Positions 14,850-28,490 of a stretch of DNA of 64,000 bases are shown here, piece after piece. Position 1 is the first letter of the stretch, and each line of letters starts with the position of its first letter. Both the position numbers and the translations under genes were made by a program. This stretch comes from the human T2T-CHM13v2.0 reference genome, Homo sapiens: assembly GCF_009914755.1 (NCBI RefSeq), contig NC_060947.1; one strand, given 5' to 3'. Under the pieces are notes generated by a model, which worked only from the letters and a program-made list of their open reading frames with translations, made no database searches and was not told where the DNA came from.

Positions 14850-16415
14850 ATAGTTATGTGGTTCAAAGCCTCTGTATTCTTAATTACATTTGCCTACTTG
14901 ATCTGCCAAAAAATGAGTTATAGTAGAATTTCACAGTACAATTTTTTTGGGGAAGTTTACTTTTAAAGAAATTTTGCTTTATGTACTCGAATACATTAGG
15001 AATTAACATGTAAACATTACTGATAGTTATATCTTCATCTACTAGTAGAAGAATCCATTAAAAATGCCTTCACACAGTGAAGAGGGTAGGAAAGACAGTC
15101 TTGAGTTGCATACGCCATCTCTCCCCCATTCTCAGCAGTGGCTGCATGGTAAAGAGAGTATGTGTGCTTGAGGGAGAGAGAGTGTAGTGGTTGTGGGACT
15201 TTGCATTGGAACTCAGTACTGCTTTGTCACAGTGGAAAGCATGGGGCAGAATTCAGCTGGTGACCATGGAGAGAGCATTTAGACCAGTCCCAGGCAGAGG
15301 CAAATTGTACATCTCAGTAATTGGAAACCTGAGTTCTGGCAAGCTCTGCCACCATGAACTAAATTGTTCTGGGGTTCTAAATGAACTTGAAAGGCAGTTG
15401 AGGCCACAGGACTGCAATTCCTTGGCAAGTCCTGATGCTGTGCTGGGTTCAGAACCAGTGGATTTGGGGTACATGCAACCTAGTGAGACACCAGCTGGGG
15501 TAGCCAAGGTGCTTGCATCACACCTCCTACAACCCCAGGCAGAAGCGCTCATAGCTCTGGGAGACACTCCTTCTTTCTGCTTGGGGAGAGGAGAGTAGAG
15601 AGTAAAGAGAATTTAAGTCTTGCAACTTAATACCAGCTCAGCCACAGTAGAACAGGACATCAGACAGAGTCCTGAGGTCCTCCATGTCAGGCCCTAGTTC
15701 CCAGATGATATTTCTAGACATGCACTGAGCCAGAAGGGAAACAGCTGCCTTGAAGGAAATAACCCAGTCCTAGTAAGATTCATCATCTGCTGACTAGAGA
15801 GCTCTTGGGTCTTGGTTAATCAGCAGTAGTCGTTGGGCAATACTTGCCATGGGCTTTGGGTGAGACTCAGAGCCATGCTGGCTTTCGGTGTGACCCAGCA
15901 CATTCACAGCTATAGTGCTTATGGGTAGAGACTCCTTCTGCTTGAGCAAAAGAGAGGGAACAGTAAAGGGGACTTTGTCTTGCAGCTTGGAAACCTGCTT
16001 GGCCACAGTAAGGTAGAACACCAAGCAAGTTCCTGGGGTCCCAGATGCCTAGCCTTGGCTTCTGGGAGGCATTTCTGGACCTGTCTTAGGTGAGGGGAGA
16101 GCCCCCTCTGCCCTGAAGGGAGAGACTCAGGACTGGCAGAGATCACCACAAGCTCACTGAAAATTCCTTGGGCCTTCAGTGAACATCAGCAGTAGCCAGG
16201 CAGTACTCACCATGTGCCCAGTGTGGTAGTAGTCATGGAGAGAGATGCCTCTGCTTGATGAAAGGGGAGAGAAGAGTGGGAAAGGCTGTCTTGTGGCTTG
16301 TGTGTCAGCTCAGCCACAGTAGAATAGAACTCCAGGTAGATTCCTATGGTTCCCATCTCAAGGCCCTGGCTCTGAGACAGCATCTACAGACTCACCCAGA
16401 CCTGGAAGGAACTTG

Positions 16416-16600
16416 CAGGGAGGGGAACATCACACACTGGGGCCTGTCTAGGGGTGTGGGGCAAGGGGATAGATAGCTTTAGGAGAAATACCTAATGTAG
16501 ATGGCGGGTTGATGGGTGCAGCAAACCACCATGGCACATGTATACCTGCAGTTCTGCACATGTATCCCAGAACTTAAAGTATAATAATAATAATAAAAAG
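16416..16600 (+). mobile_element. L1PA7/8-like 3' end fragment
   Basis: cagggaggggaacatcacacactgggg...gtatcccagaacttaaagtataataataa. Confidence 0.9.
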
Positions 16601-19600
16601 TTTGGGGAAAAAAAGGATCCTCCAGAGAATTAAGCAATAATTAACCTGTTAATTTTCTGAATTTTAACTTTCATTTAAATGTGTAGAGATGGCCTGACTT
16701 TTTTTAGCCCAGTTAAGTTTTTCTATGCTAAGCTTCACATTTCCTGTTAGAAGATCATTTGGGTTCTGTTGAAAAAAAAAAACTGTTCAAAGGATGAGGA
16801 TTTGTACTGCCAATCACATATATTAAAAACAATAACTTTATAAATATTTAAAATCAAATAAATAAATAAATAAGAGCTCCAATATGTCTGGCAGCAGACT
16901 TTTTAGTGAAAACCTTATTGACCATGAGAAAGTGACTTGACATATCTAAAGTGCTAAAGGAAAAAAATCTTTTGTACTGGAATAGTATATCCATCAAAAT
17001 ATCCTTCAAATGTGATAGAGAAACAAAGACACTCTCAGACAAACAAATTCATCAACACCAGACCTGTCATACAAGAAATGCTAAAGAGAGTTCTTCAATC
17101 TTAAGGAAAAAGCTATTAACGAGTAATAAAAAATCATTTAAAGGTACAAAACCCACTGGTAATAGTAAGTACACAGAAAAACATATAATACCTATAACAC
17201 ATTAATTATCATGTGCAAACTGCTCATATCTTGAATAGACAGAACAAAAGATTAACTGCTCAAAAATAGCTACAGCAAATTTTCAAGACACAGACAATAT
17301 AATACAATATACATAGAAACAACAAAAAGCTAAGAGATAAATTATAGAGCTTATATTAGTTTTCTCTTGACTTGTTTGTTTGTTTATGCAGTGTTAAGTT
17401 GTCAACAGTCTAAAAAATGGGTTATGAGATATTATTTGCAAGCCTCAAGGTAACTTCAAATCAAAAAACATACAACAGAAACACAAAAAATAAAGAGCAA
17501 GAAATTTAACATAGCACCACAGAAAATCACCTTCACTAAAAGGGAGACAGCAAGGAAGGAAAGAAGAAACAGAGGACCACAAAACAACCAGAAATCAGCT
17601 AACAAAATAGCAGAAGTAAGTTTTTACTTATAAATAACAACATTGACTGTAATGGACCAAAGTCTCCAATAAAAAGACATATTTGGCTGAATGGATAAAA
17701 AACAAGACTCAACAATCTATTGTCTATCAAAAACATACTTCACCTTTAAAGACACACAAACTGAAAATAAAGTGGTAGAAAGATATTCCATGCAAATAGA
17801 AATTAAAAAGGAGCATTTCATTAAAAGTGAAAGCCCTATATGAAGACCCACAGCTAGTATCATACTAAATGGGGAAAAACTGAAAGCCTTTTCTCTAAGG
17901 TCTGTAATACAACAAGGATGCCCACTTTCACCATTATTATGAAATTATGATATTATTATGAAATTATATTATTATGATTTTAGCAATACTTATATCAAAC
18001 AAAATAGATTTCAAGCCAAAACTATAAAAACAGAGGAAGAAGATTGTTATACAATGGTAAATGGGGTCAACTTGGCAAGAGAATATAACAATTGGAAATA
18101 TATATACACCAAACACTGGAGGACACAGATATATAAAGCAAAGATTATTAAAGGTAAAAAGGGAGATAGACCTCAATACAGTAATAGCTGGAGACTTCAA
18201 CACTCTACTTTCAGTATTGGATAGATCACCCAGACAGATGATCAACAAAGAAACATTGAACTTAATCTGCACTATAGACCAAATAGACCAAATAGATATT
18301 TATGGAATATTTCATCAAACAACTGCAGAATACAATTTTGTCTCATCAACACATGGATCATTCTCGAGGATAGACCATATGTTAGGCCAAAAAACAAGTC
18401 TTTAAAAAGTCAAAAAAAAAATTGAAACAGTATTTTCTCTGATTAGAGTGGAATAAAACTACAAATCAATAGCAAGAAGAATTTTGCAAACTATGCAAAC
18501 ATATGGAAATTAAACAATATGCTCCTGAATGACCAGTAGATCAATAAATAAATTAAGAGGAAAATGTAAAAATTCCTTGAAACAACTGAAAATGGAAAGA
18601 CAAAATACCAAAACCTATGAGGTACAACAAAATCATTACTAAGGGGAAAGTGTAGAGCAATAACCATCTACATCAAAAAGGTAGAAGAACTTCACATAAA
18701 CAATTTAATGATGCATCTTTAAAAATTAGAAAAGCAATAACAAACCAAACCCAAAATTAGAAGAGGAAAAGAAAAATAAAGACCATAGAAGAAATGAATG
18801 ATATTAAAATTTAAAAATAAAAAACAACTAAATAAAAATTGGATGTTTAAAAAACATAAACAAAGTTGACAACCTTTAGCTTGATTAACAAAGAGAGAAG
18901 ATACAAATGAATAAAATGAGAGATGAAGAGAGACATTACAACTAATACTGCAGAAATTCAAAAGATCATTAGTAGTTACTATGAACAACTATATGCCAAT
19001 AAATTGGTAAACCTACAAGAAATTGATAAATTCCTAGACACATACAACAAGACTGAGCCATGAAGAAAATATGAACAGATCAATAATAATTTGATTAAAG
19101 CCATAACAACAAGTCTCCCAGAAAAAAAAAAAAAAAAGCCCAGTGGGGGTTTTACAGGTGAATTTTGCCTTACATTTCAAGAAGAACTAATCATAATCCT
19201 ACTCAAACTATTCTGAAAAATAGAGGAGGGGAGAATACTTTCAAACTCATTCTATAAGGCCAGTATAACCCTGATACCAAAACCATAAAAATATACATCA
19301 AGAAAAAAAAAAAGAAAAATGACCATTGAATATCCCTGATAAACAATGATGCAAAAATCCTCAACAAAATACTAGCCAACCAAATTCAACAACACTTTAG
19401 AGTGATTATTCATCATGAAAAAGTGAACTTTATCCCTGGGATGAAAAGATGGTTCAATATATGCAAATCAATCAATGTGCTACGTCATGTAAAAAGAATG
19501 AAGAACAAAAAAATATGATTCTTTCCATTGATGCTGAAAAAACATTTGATAAAATTCAACATCCCTTCATAATAAAAGTCCTCAAAAACTAGGAATAGAA

Positions 19601-21332
19601 GGAACATACCTCAACACAATGAAAGCCCTATATGAAGACCCACAGTTAGTATCATACTAAATGGGGGAAAAACTGAAAGCCTTTTCTCTAAGGTCTGTAA
19701 TACAACAAGGATGCTCACTTTCACCATTATTATTCAATATATTACTGGAAGTCCTACTTAAAGTAATAAGATAAGAGAAAAAATTAAAAGGAATCCAAAT
19801 TGGAAATAAAGAAGCCAAATTATCCTAGTTTGCAGATGGTATGATCTTATATTTGAAAAAACTTAAAGACTCCACCCAAAAACTATCAGAACTGATAAAC
19901 GAATTCAGTAAAGTTTCAAGAAGCAAAATCAACATACACAAGTTAATAACATTTCTATATGCAAGTAGTGAGCAATATAAAAATGAAGTCGTAAAAGTAA
20001 TTCCATTTACAATAGAAAACACAATGTCAAAAAATAAACTTAACCTAAGAAGTGAAAGATCTCTGCAATGAAAACCGTAAAACATTGATGCAAGTAATAG
20101 AAAAGGACATAAAAAAATGGAAAGATATTCCATGTTTGTGGACTGGAAGAATTAATATTGTTCAAATATCCCTACTACCCAAAGCAGTCTGCAGATTAGG
20201 TGATATTCTTATCAAAGTAACAATGACATTCTTCACAGAAATAGACAAAAAAAATCCTAAAATTTATATAGAATCACAAAAGACACAGAGTACCCAAACT
20301 GATCCTGAGCAAAAAGAACAAAAACACATTATCTTCAAATTATCCTGCAAAGCTGTAATAACTAAAACACCATGATACTGGCATAAAAGTAGACGCATAG
20401 ACCAATGAAATAGAGTAGAGAACCAAGAAATAAATCAATACATCTACAGTAAATTCATTTTTGACAATAGTGCCAGGAATATACATTGGGGAAAGGACAG
20501 TCTTTACAATAATTGATGCTAAGAAAACTAGATATCCATATGTAAAAAAGTGAAACTAGACCCCTAGCTCTCATTATATACAAAAAATCAAATCAAAATA
20601 GATTAAAGACTTAAATCTAAGACCTCAAACTGTGAAACTACTTAAAGAAAATACTGGGAAAATTCTCTAGGACATTGGACTGGGCAAAGATTTCTTGAGT
20701 AGTACCCCACAGCATAGGCAAACAAAGTAAAAATGGACAAATGGGATCATATCAGGTCAAAAAGCTTCTGCACAGCAAAGAAAACAATTAAAAAAAAAGA
20801 AGAGACAACCCACAGAATGGGAGAAAATATTTGCAAACTACCCATCTGACAAGGGAAAACTTAAAGACTCCACCAGAAAACAAAATATCGGGAGTGATAA
20901 ACAAATTCAGTAAAATTGCAGGATACAAAATCAACATACACAAATCAGTAACATTTCTATATGCAAACAGTGAGAAATATAAAAAGGAATATAGAATGAG
21001 CTCAAACAACTCTCAAAGAAAAAAATCTAATAATCTAATCAAAAGAATAGGCAAAAGATCTGAATAGACGTCTCTCAAAAGAAGATATACAAATGGCAAA
21101 TAGGCATATCAAAAGGTTCAACATCACTGATCATCAGAGAAATGCAATTCAAACCTACATAAGATGTCATCTCACCCCAGTTAAAATGGCTTATATTAAG
21201 AAAACAGGCAACAACAAATGCTGGTAAGGATGTGGAGAAAGGGGAACCCTCTTACATTGTTGGTGGGAATGTAAATTATTATTACAACTACTATGGAGAA
21301 CAATTTGTCTGTTCCTTAAAAAACTAAAAGCA

Positions 21333-21639
<307 letters not shown>

Positions 21640-22345
21640 CCTAAAAATAGAGCTACCATATGATCCAGCAATCCCACTGCTTGGTATATAACCAAAAGAA
21701 AAATAATCAGTGTATCAAAGGAATATCTGTACTCCTATGTTTGTTGCAGCATTCTTCTCAACAGCCATAATTTAGAAGCAACATAAGTGTCCATCAACAT
21801 ATTAATGGAAAAAGAAATTATAGTAGTTATACACAATAGAGCACTATTTAGCCACAAAAAGTAATGAGATACTATCATTTGCAACAACATGAATGAAACT
21901 GGAGGTCATTATGTTAAGTGAAATAAGGCTGGTACAAAAAGACAAACATCACATGTTTTCACTTATTTCTGGGATTGAAAAATCAAAATAATTAAACTCA
22001 TGGACATAGAGAGTAGAAGCATGGTTACCAGAGCCTAGGAAAGGTATTGGGGTTGAAGGAGAGGTGGGGATGGTTAATGGGTACAAAGAAAATAGAAAGA
22101 ATAAAGGCCTGGTATTTGCTAGCACAGCAGGATGACTATAGTCAATAATAATTTAATTGTACATCTAAAAATAACTAAAAGAGGATAATTGGATTGCTAG
22201 TAACACAAAGGATAAATGCTTGAAAAGGTGGATACCCTATTTTCCATAATGTGATTATTATGTATTCCATGCCTGTATCAAAACATCTCGTGTACTCCAT
22301 AAATAAATGCACCTACTGTGTATCCACAAAAAATTAAAATTAAAA

Positions 22346-23285
22346 ATAGAAGATATACAAATGGCAAGCAGGTGTATGAAAAGGTGCTCAATGTCATTGA
22401 TCATAAGAGAAATGCAAATGAAAACCACAGTATCATCTGACTCAAGTTAAGATGGCTTATATCCAAAAGACAGGCAATAACAAGTGCTGAAAAGAATCTG
22501 GAGAAAACGGAACCCTTGTACACAGTTGGTGGGAATGTAATTTAGTACAACTATGGAGGACACTTTGGAAGTTCCTCAAAAAAATAGAAAAAGGACTATC
22601 ATATGATTCAGCAATCACACTGCTAGATATATACCCCAAAAAGGAAATCAGTATATCTAAGGGGTATCTGCATTTCCATGTTTCTTGCAACATTATTCAC
22701 AATAGCCAAAATTTGGAGGCAACCAAAATGTCCATCAACTGAAGAATAGACTATATTTGGTACATATGCACAATAGAGTACTATGGAGCCATAAACAAGA
22801 GTGAGATCCTGCCATTTGCAACAACATGGATGGAACTGGAGATCAGTGTGTTAAGTAAAATAAGCCAGGCACAGAAAGACAAACATTGCATGTTCTCACT
22901 TATTTGTGGGATCTAAAAATTGAAAAAATTGAACCCATGAACATAGAAAGTAGAAGAATGGTTATCAGAAATTGGGAAGGGTAGTAGGTAGGTGAGGAGG
23001 AGGTGGGAAGGTTAATGAGCACACAAATAATAGAAAAAATCAGTATGAGCTATTTGATAGCACAACAGAGGGAGTACAGTCAAAATAATTTAATTGTACA
23101 TAATAAAATATTTAAAGGAGTATAAGTGGATTATTTGTAACATAAAGGTTAAATGCTTGAGGGGAAGAATACCCCATTTTTCATGATGTGATTATTACTT
23201 ATTTCATGCCTGTATCAAAGTATCTCATGTACCCCATAAATATACACATCAACTATGTATCCACAAAATAAAAAGTAAATTAAAA
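22346..23285 (+). mobile_element. 5'-truncated L1MA 3' end
   Basis: Restarts at aagatatacaaatggca (ORF2 C-terminal region) directly after the previous tail; full L1MA 3'UTR. Confidence 0.85.
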
Positions 23286-23772
23286 AACGAGATTCTGCCA
23301 TTTACAACAATAAGAATGGAACTGGAAGTCATTCTTTAAGTGAAATAAGCCAGGTACAGAAAGATGAACTTCACATGTTTTCAGTTATTCCTGGAGCTAA
23401 AAATTAAAACAATTGAACTTAGAGAGTAGAACAACGTTTACCAGAGGCTGGGAAGGGCAGTATGGGGTTGGCGGGGAAACGAGGAAGGTTAATGAGAACA
23501 AAAGATAGTTAGAAAGAATGGATAAGATCTAATATTTGATAGCACAGTAGGATGACTGCAGTCAATAATAATTTATTGTACATTTCAAAATAACTAAAAC
23601 AGTATAGTTGGATTTTTTTGTAACAAAACAAAAGGATAAATGTTTGAGGTGATGAATTCCCCTATTTACCCTGATGTGATTATTATGCATTGATTACCTG
23701 TATCAAAATATCTCATGTACCCAATGAATATATACACCTACTATGTTCCCACAAAAATCAAATATTTAAAAA
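23286..23772 (+). mobile_element. L1MA (L1MA3-like) 3'UTR fragment
   Basis: gagattctgccatttacaacaa...tttaccctgatgtgattattatgcatt...cccacaaaaatc. Confidence 0.85.
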
Positions 23773-23779
23773 TATCTTA

Positions 23780-26700
23780 CATCGCAAAACAAGTCTTAAA
23801 ACATTCAAAAACTAAAATAACATCCAGCAACTTCTCTGACCACAATGGGACAAAACTAGAAATCAATAACAAGAGGAATTTTGGAACTATACAAATACAT
23901 GGAAATTAAACAATATGCTCCTGAATGACAAGTGGGTCCATAAAGAAATTAAGAAGGAAATTGAAAAATTTCTTGAAACAAATAATAATGGAAACACAAC
24001 ATACCAGAATCGATGGGATAGAGCAAAAGCAGCACTAAGAGGGAAGTTTAAAACAATGAGTGCCTGTATAAAAAAAAAAAGAAGAAAAACTTCAAATAAA
24101 CAATTTAATAATGCATCTCAAAGAACTAGAAAAGCAAGAGCAAAGCAAACCCAAAATAAGGTGAAGAAAAGAAATAATAGAGATCGGAGCAGAAATAAAT
24201 GAAATTGAAACAAAAAAATCAATGTAACTAATGGTTGGTTTTTTTAAACGTTAAACGAAATTGACAAAACTTTAGCCATACTAAGAAAAACAGAGAGAAT
24301 ATCCCAATAAATATTATCACACATGAAAAAAGAGACATTACAAATGGTATTATAAAAATTCAAAGGATCATTAGTGTCTACTATGAGCAACTATATGCCA
24401 ATAAATTGGAAAATCTAAAAGAAACAGACAAATTCCTAGACACATATAACCTAACAAGATTGAACCAGGAAGAAATCCAAAACCTGAGGAGACCAATAAC
24501 AAGTAACAAGATCAAAACTGTAATAAAAAATATCCTGGGAAATAAAAGCCCAGGACCCAATGGCTTCACTGCTGAATTCTAACACATTTAAAGAACCAAT
24601 CCTACCCAAACTTTCCCAAAAAATAGAAGAGGAGGAAATACTTCTAAACTCATTCTACAAGGCCAGTATTACCCTGATACCAAAACCAGACAAAGACATG
24701 TCAAAAAACAATCAAAACAAAAGAACAGACAAACACACACACAAAACTACAAGCCAGTATCTCTGCTGAATATTGGTACAAAAATCCTCAACAAAATACT
24801 AGGAAACCAAACTCAACAATACATTAGAATGATCATTCATAATGCCTAAGTAGGATTTATCCCTGGCACACCAGTCAATGTGATACATCATATCAACAGA
24901 ATGAAGAACATAATCTATATAATAATTTCAATTGATGCTGAAAAGCATTTGATAAAATTTAACATTCCTTCATAATAAAAACCTCTAACAAACTGAGGAT
25001 GGGAGGAACATACCTCAACAAGATAAAAGCCATATATGACAGACCCACATCTAGTATCATTGAATGGGGAAAAACTGAAAGCCTTTCCTCTGAGATCTGG
25101 AACATGACAACGATGACCATTTTCACCACCATTATTCAACATAGCACTGGAAGTCCTAGCTGGAGCAATCAGACAAGAGAAAGAAAGAAAGAAAGGGCAT
25201 CAAAATAGGAAATGAAGAAGTCAAATTATTCTTAATTACAGATGATATGATCTTATATTTGGAACAACCTAATGACTCTACCAAAAAACAAAAAAAAAAA
25301 ACTAGAGTTAATAAAAAATCAGTCAAGTGACAGAATACAAAATCAATACATAAAATTAGTAGCATATCTATATGATAAGTAAACAATCTGAAAAAGAAAT
25401 AAAAAGTAATCCCATTTACAATAGCCACTAATAAAATTAAATACCCAGGAAATAACCAGAGAAGTGAAGGATCTCTATAATGAAAACTTTAAAAAGCTGA
25501 TGAAAGAAATTGAAAAGGACACCAAAATGTGGAAAGATATTCCATGTTCATGGATTACAAGAATCAATATGGTTAAAATGTCCATACTACACAAAGCAAT
25601 CTATAGATTCAATGTAATCCCTATCAAAATGCCAATGACATTATTCACAGAAATAGAAAAAAAAATGTAAAATTTATATGGAACCACAAAAGACACAGAA
25701 TACCCAAAGCTATCCTGAGCAAAATTTTTTAAAACTGGAGGAATCACATTACCTGACTTCAAACTCAGAGCTATAATAACCAAAACATCTAGTACAGTCA
25801 CAGAAACAGACACACAGACCAATAGAACAGAATAGAGAATCCAGAAACAAATCCACCCACCTACAGTGAACTCATTTTCAACAAAGATGCCAAGACCATA
25901 CACTAAGAAGAAGAGAGTCTTCAATAAATGGTGCTGGGAAAACTGGAAATTCATATGCAGAAGAATGACACTAGAGCTCTATTTCTCACAATATACAAAA
26001 ATCAAATTAAAATGGATTAAAGACTAAAATCTGAGACCTCAAACTATGAAACTACTAAAAGAAAACATTGGGGATACTCTCCAGGACATTGGTCTGGCTA
26101 AAATTCCTTGAGCAATACCCTGCAAACACAGGCAACCAAAGCAAAAATGAACAAATGGGATTACATCATGTTCAAAGGCTTCAGCACAGCAAAGGAAACA
26201 GTTTTAAAAGGGAAGAGACAACTCACAGAATGGAAGAAAATATTTGCAAACTACCCATCTGACGAGTGATTAATAACCAGAATATAGAAGGAGCTCAAAT
26301 AATTCTATAGGAAAGAATCTAATAATCCAATCAAAAATAAGCAAAAATTTGAATAGACATTTCTCAAAAGAAGACATATACATGGCAAACAGGCATATGA
26401 AAAGGTGCTCAACATCATTGATCATCAGAGAAATGCAAATCAAAACTACAGTGAGATATTTCATCCCTGTTAAAATGACTTATATCCAAAAGATAGGCAA
26501 TAACAAATGCTGGTAATGATGTGGAGAAAAGGGAACCTTCATACACTGTTGGTGGGAAAGTAAATGAGTACAACCACTATGGGAAACAGTTCAGGGGTTC
26601 CTCAAAATCTAAAAATAGAGCTACCATATGATCCAGCAATTCCACTGCTCAGTATATACCCAAAAGAAAGGAAATCAGTATATCAGAGAGATATCTGCAC

Positions 26701-27335
26701 TACCATGTTTGTTGCAGCTCTTTTCACAATAGCCAAGATTTGGAAACAACCTAAGCATCCATGAACAGATGACCAGATAAAGAATATGTGGTACATATAC
26801 ACATTGAAGTACTATTCAGCCAGTAAAAATGAATAAAAGTCTGTCATTTGCAACAACATGGATGGAACTGGAGATCATTGTGTTAAGTGAAACAAGCCAG
26901 GCAACAGAAAGACAAACATTGCATGTTCTCATTTATTTGTGGGATGTTAAAATCAAAACAATTGAACTCATGGACATGGATAGTAGAAGAATGGTTACCA
27001 GAGGTGGGGAAAGGTAGTGGGAGGTTGAGGGGAAGTGGGGATTGTTAACAGGTACCAAAAAAATAGTTAGAAGAATGAATAATAATAAGATCTTGTGTTT
27101 GGCAGCACAGCAGATTGACTATAGTCAATAATAATTTAATTGTCCATTTTAAAATAACTAAAAGACTATAATTGGGTTGTTCGTAACACAAAGGATAAAT
27201 GCTTGAGGGGATAAATACCTCATTTTCATTATGTGACTATTACAGTTTCCATACCTATATCAAAACAACTCTTGTACCTCATAAATATATACACCTACTA
27301 TGTACCCACAAAAATTTAAACAAATAATTTTAAAA
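23780..27335 (+). mobile_element. 5'-truncated L1MA2-like element (ORF2 from the end of EN to 3'UTR)
   Basis: [23 protein letters not shown] motifs; L1MA 3'UTR. Confidence 0.9.
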
Positions 27336-27349
27336 TTTATTTTTAAATT

Positions 27350-28490
27350 AACATGGGGAAATTCTCAACATCGTTAGTGGTCAGGAAAATAGAAACTAAA
27401 ACAATGTTTCCATTTCTTACCTGTCAGATAGACAAATACTACAAAAACTACCATTTCAAGTGTTGGCAAGAATGTGGGGAATTGGAAACCTTCATACACT
27501 GCTGGTGGAGATGTAAATTACTATAACCACTTTGGAAATCTATTTGACTGTAACTGGAAAAATTACAAATCAACATGTCTTAGGATCCAGAAATTGAATT
27601 TCTTTATTCCTTAGCAAAACTCTTGTGCTCTAAGACACACATAAAAATATGTTTATTCCAGTAATATTTGTAATGGAGAATACTTGGCAACAATATAAAT
27701 TTTTACCTATAGATGTGATATATTTATATAGCAGACTATGAAATCATGGTAGAAAAATAAATGTAGTATAGGTTTATAAACATAAAACCATTTCAACATA
27801 GAAATACATCATATCAATAGATCTCAATAATATAACATATAGTCATCCCTTGGTATCTGTGGGGGATTGGTTCCCCCACAGACACCAAATCTCAAGAATG
27901 CTCAAGTCCCTTATATAAAATGGTGTAGTATTTGCATATAACCTACACACATCCTTCCGTTTACTTTAAATCATCTCTAGATTACTTATAATACCTAATG
28001 CAATGTAAATGCTATATAAATCGTTGTTATGGTGCATTGTTCAGGAAATAATGACAAGAAGTCTAATCATGACCAGTACAGATGCAACCATTCTTTTTTT
28101 TCTAATATTTTCAGTCTGTGCTTGGATGAATCCAGGGGTATGGAATTCATAGATATAGAGGGCCAATTGTAAATCAAATGATATTATTTGTGTACATTTA
28201 TAAAGTACACACAAAACATTATTTATTTTCATAGATGCATAGCTATTAATATAAAAAGCAAAACCAGGAAAGCATACATATTAAATTGATTATTGTAGTT
28301 CCTTCTGGAAAGGGAAAAGTGAAACTGGAATGAGGATATAGAGAAAGAAAAATTTAACTTCACCTGCAATAATGTACTTTAAGTACTTCTTAATAAAAAA
28401 TTCTTGAAGCAAATATGATGAAATATTAATATGAAATATTCATTGCTACAGAGGTGTTTGTTCTATTGTTCATGTAGCTTTAATTTTTTC
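27350..28490 (+). mobile_element. Old L1ME 3' fragment split by MER2
   Basis: aagtgttggcaagaatgtgggga...catacactgctggtggagatgtaaatt; degenerate. Confidence 0.65.
27840..28169 (+). mobile_element. MER2 (TcMar-Tigger MITE)
   Basis: TIRs agtcatcccttggtatctg / agatatagagggccaattg, TA on both sides, internal gctcaagtcccttatataaaatggtgtagtatttgcatataaccta. Confidence 0.9.

Noticed and set aside
15191-16476. GC-rich ORF cluster resembling a gene
   Set aside because: L1M 5'UTR, paralogous to 54000-55450
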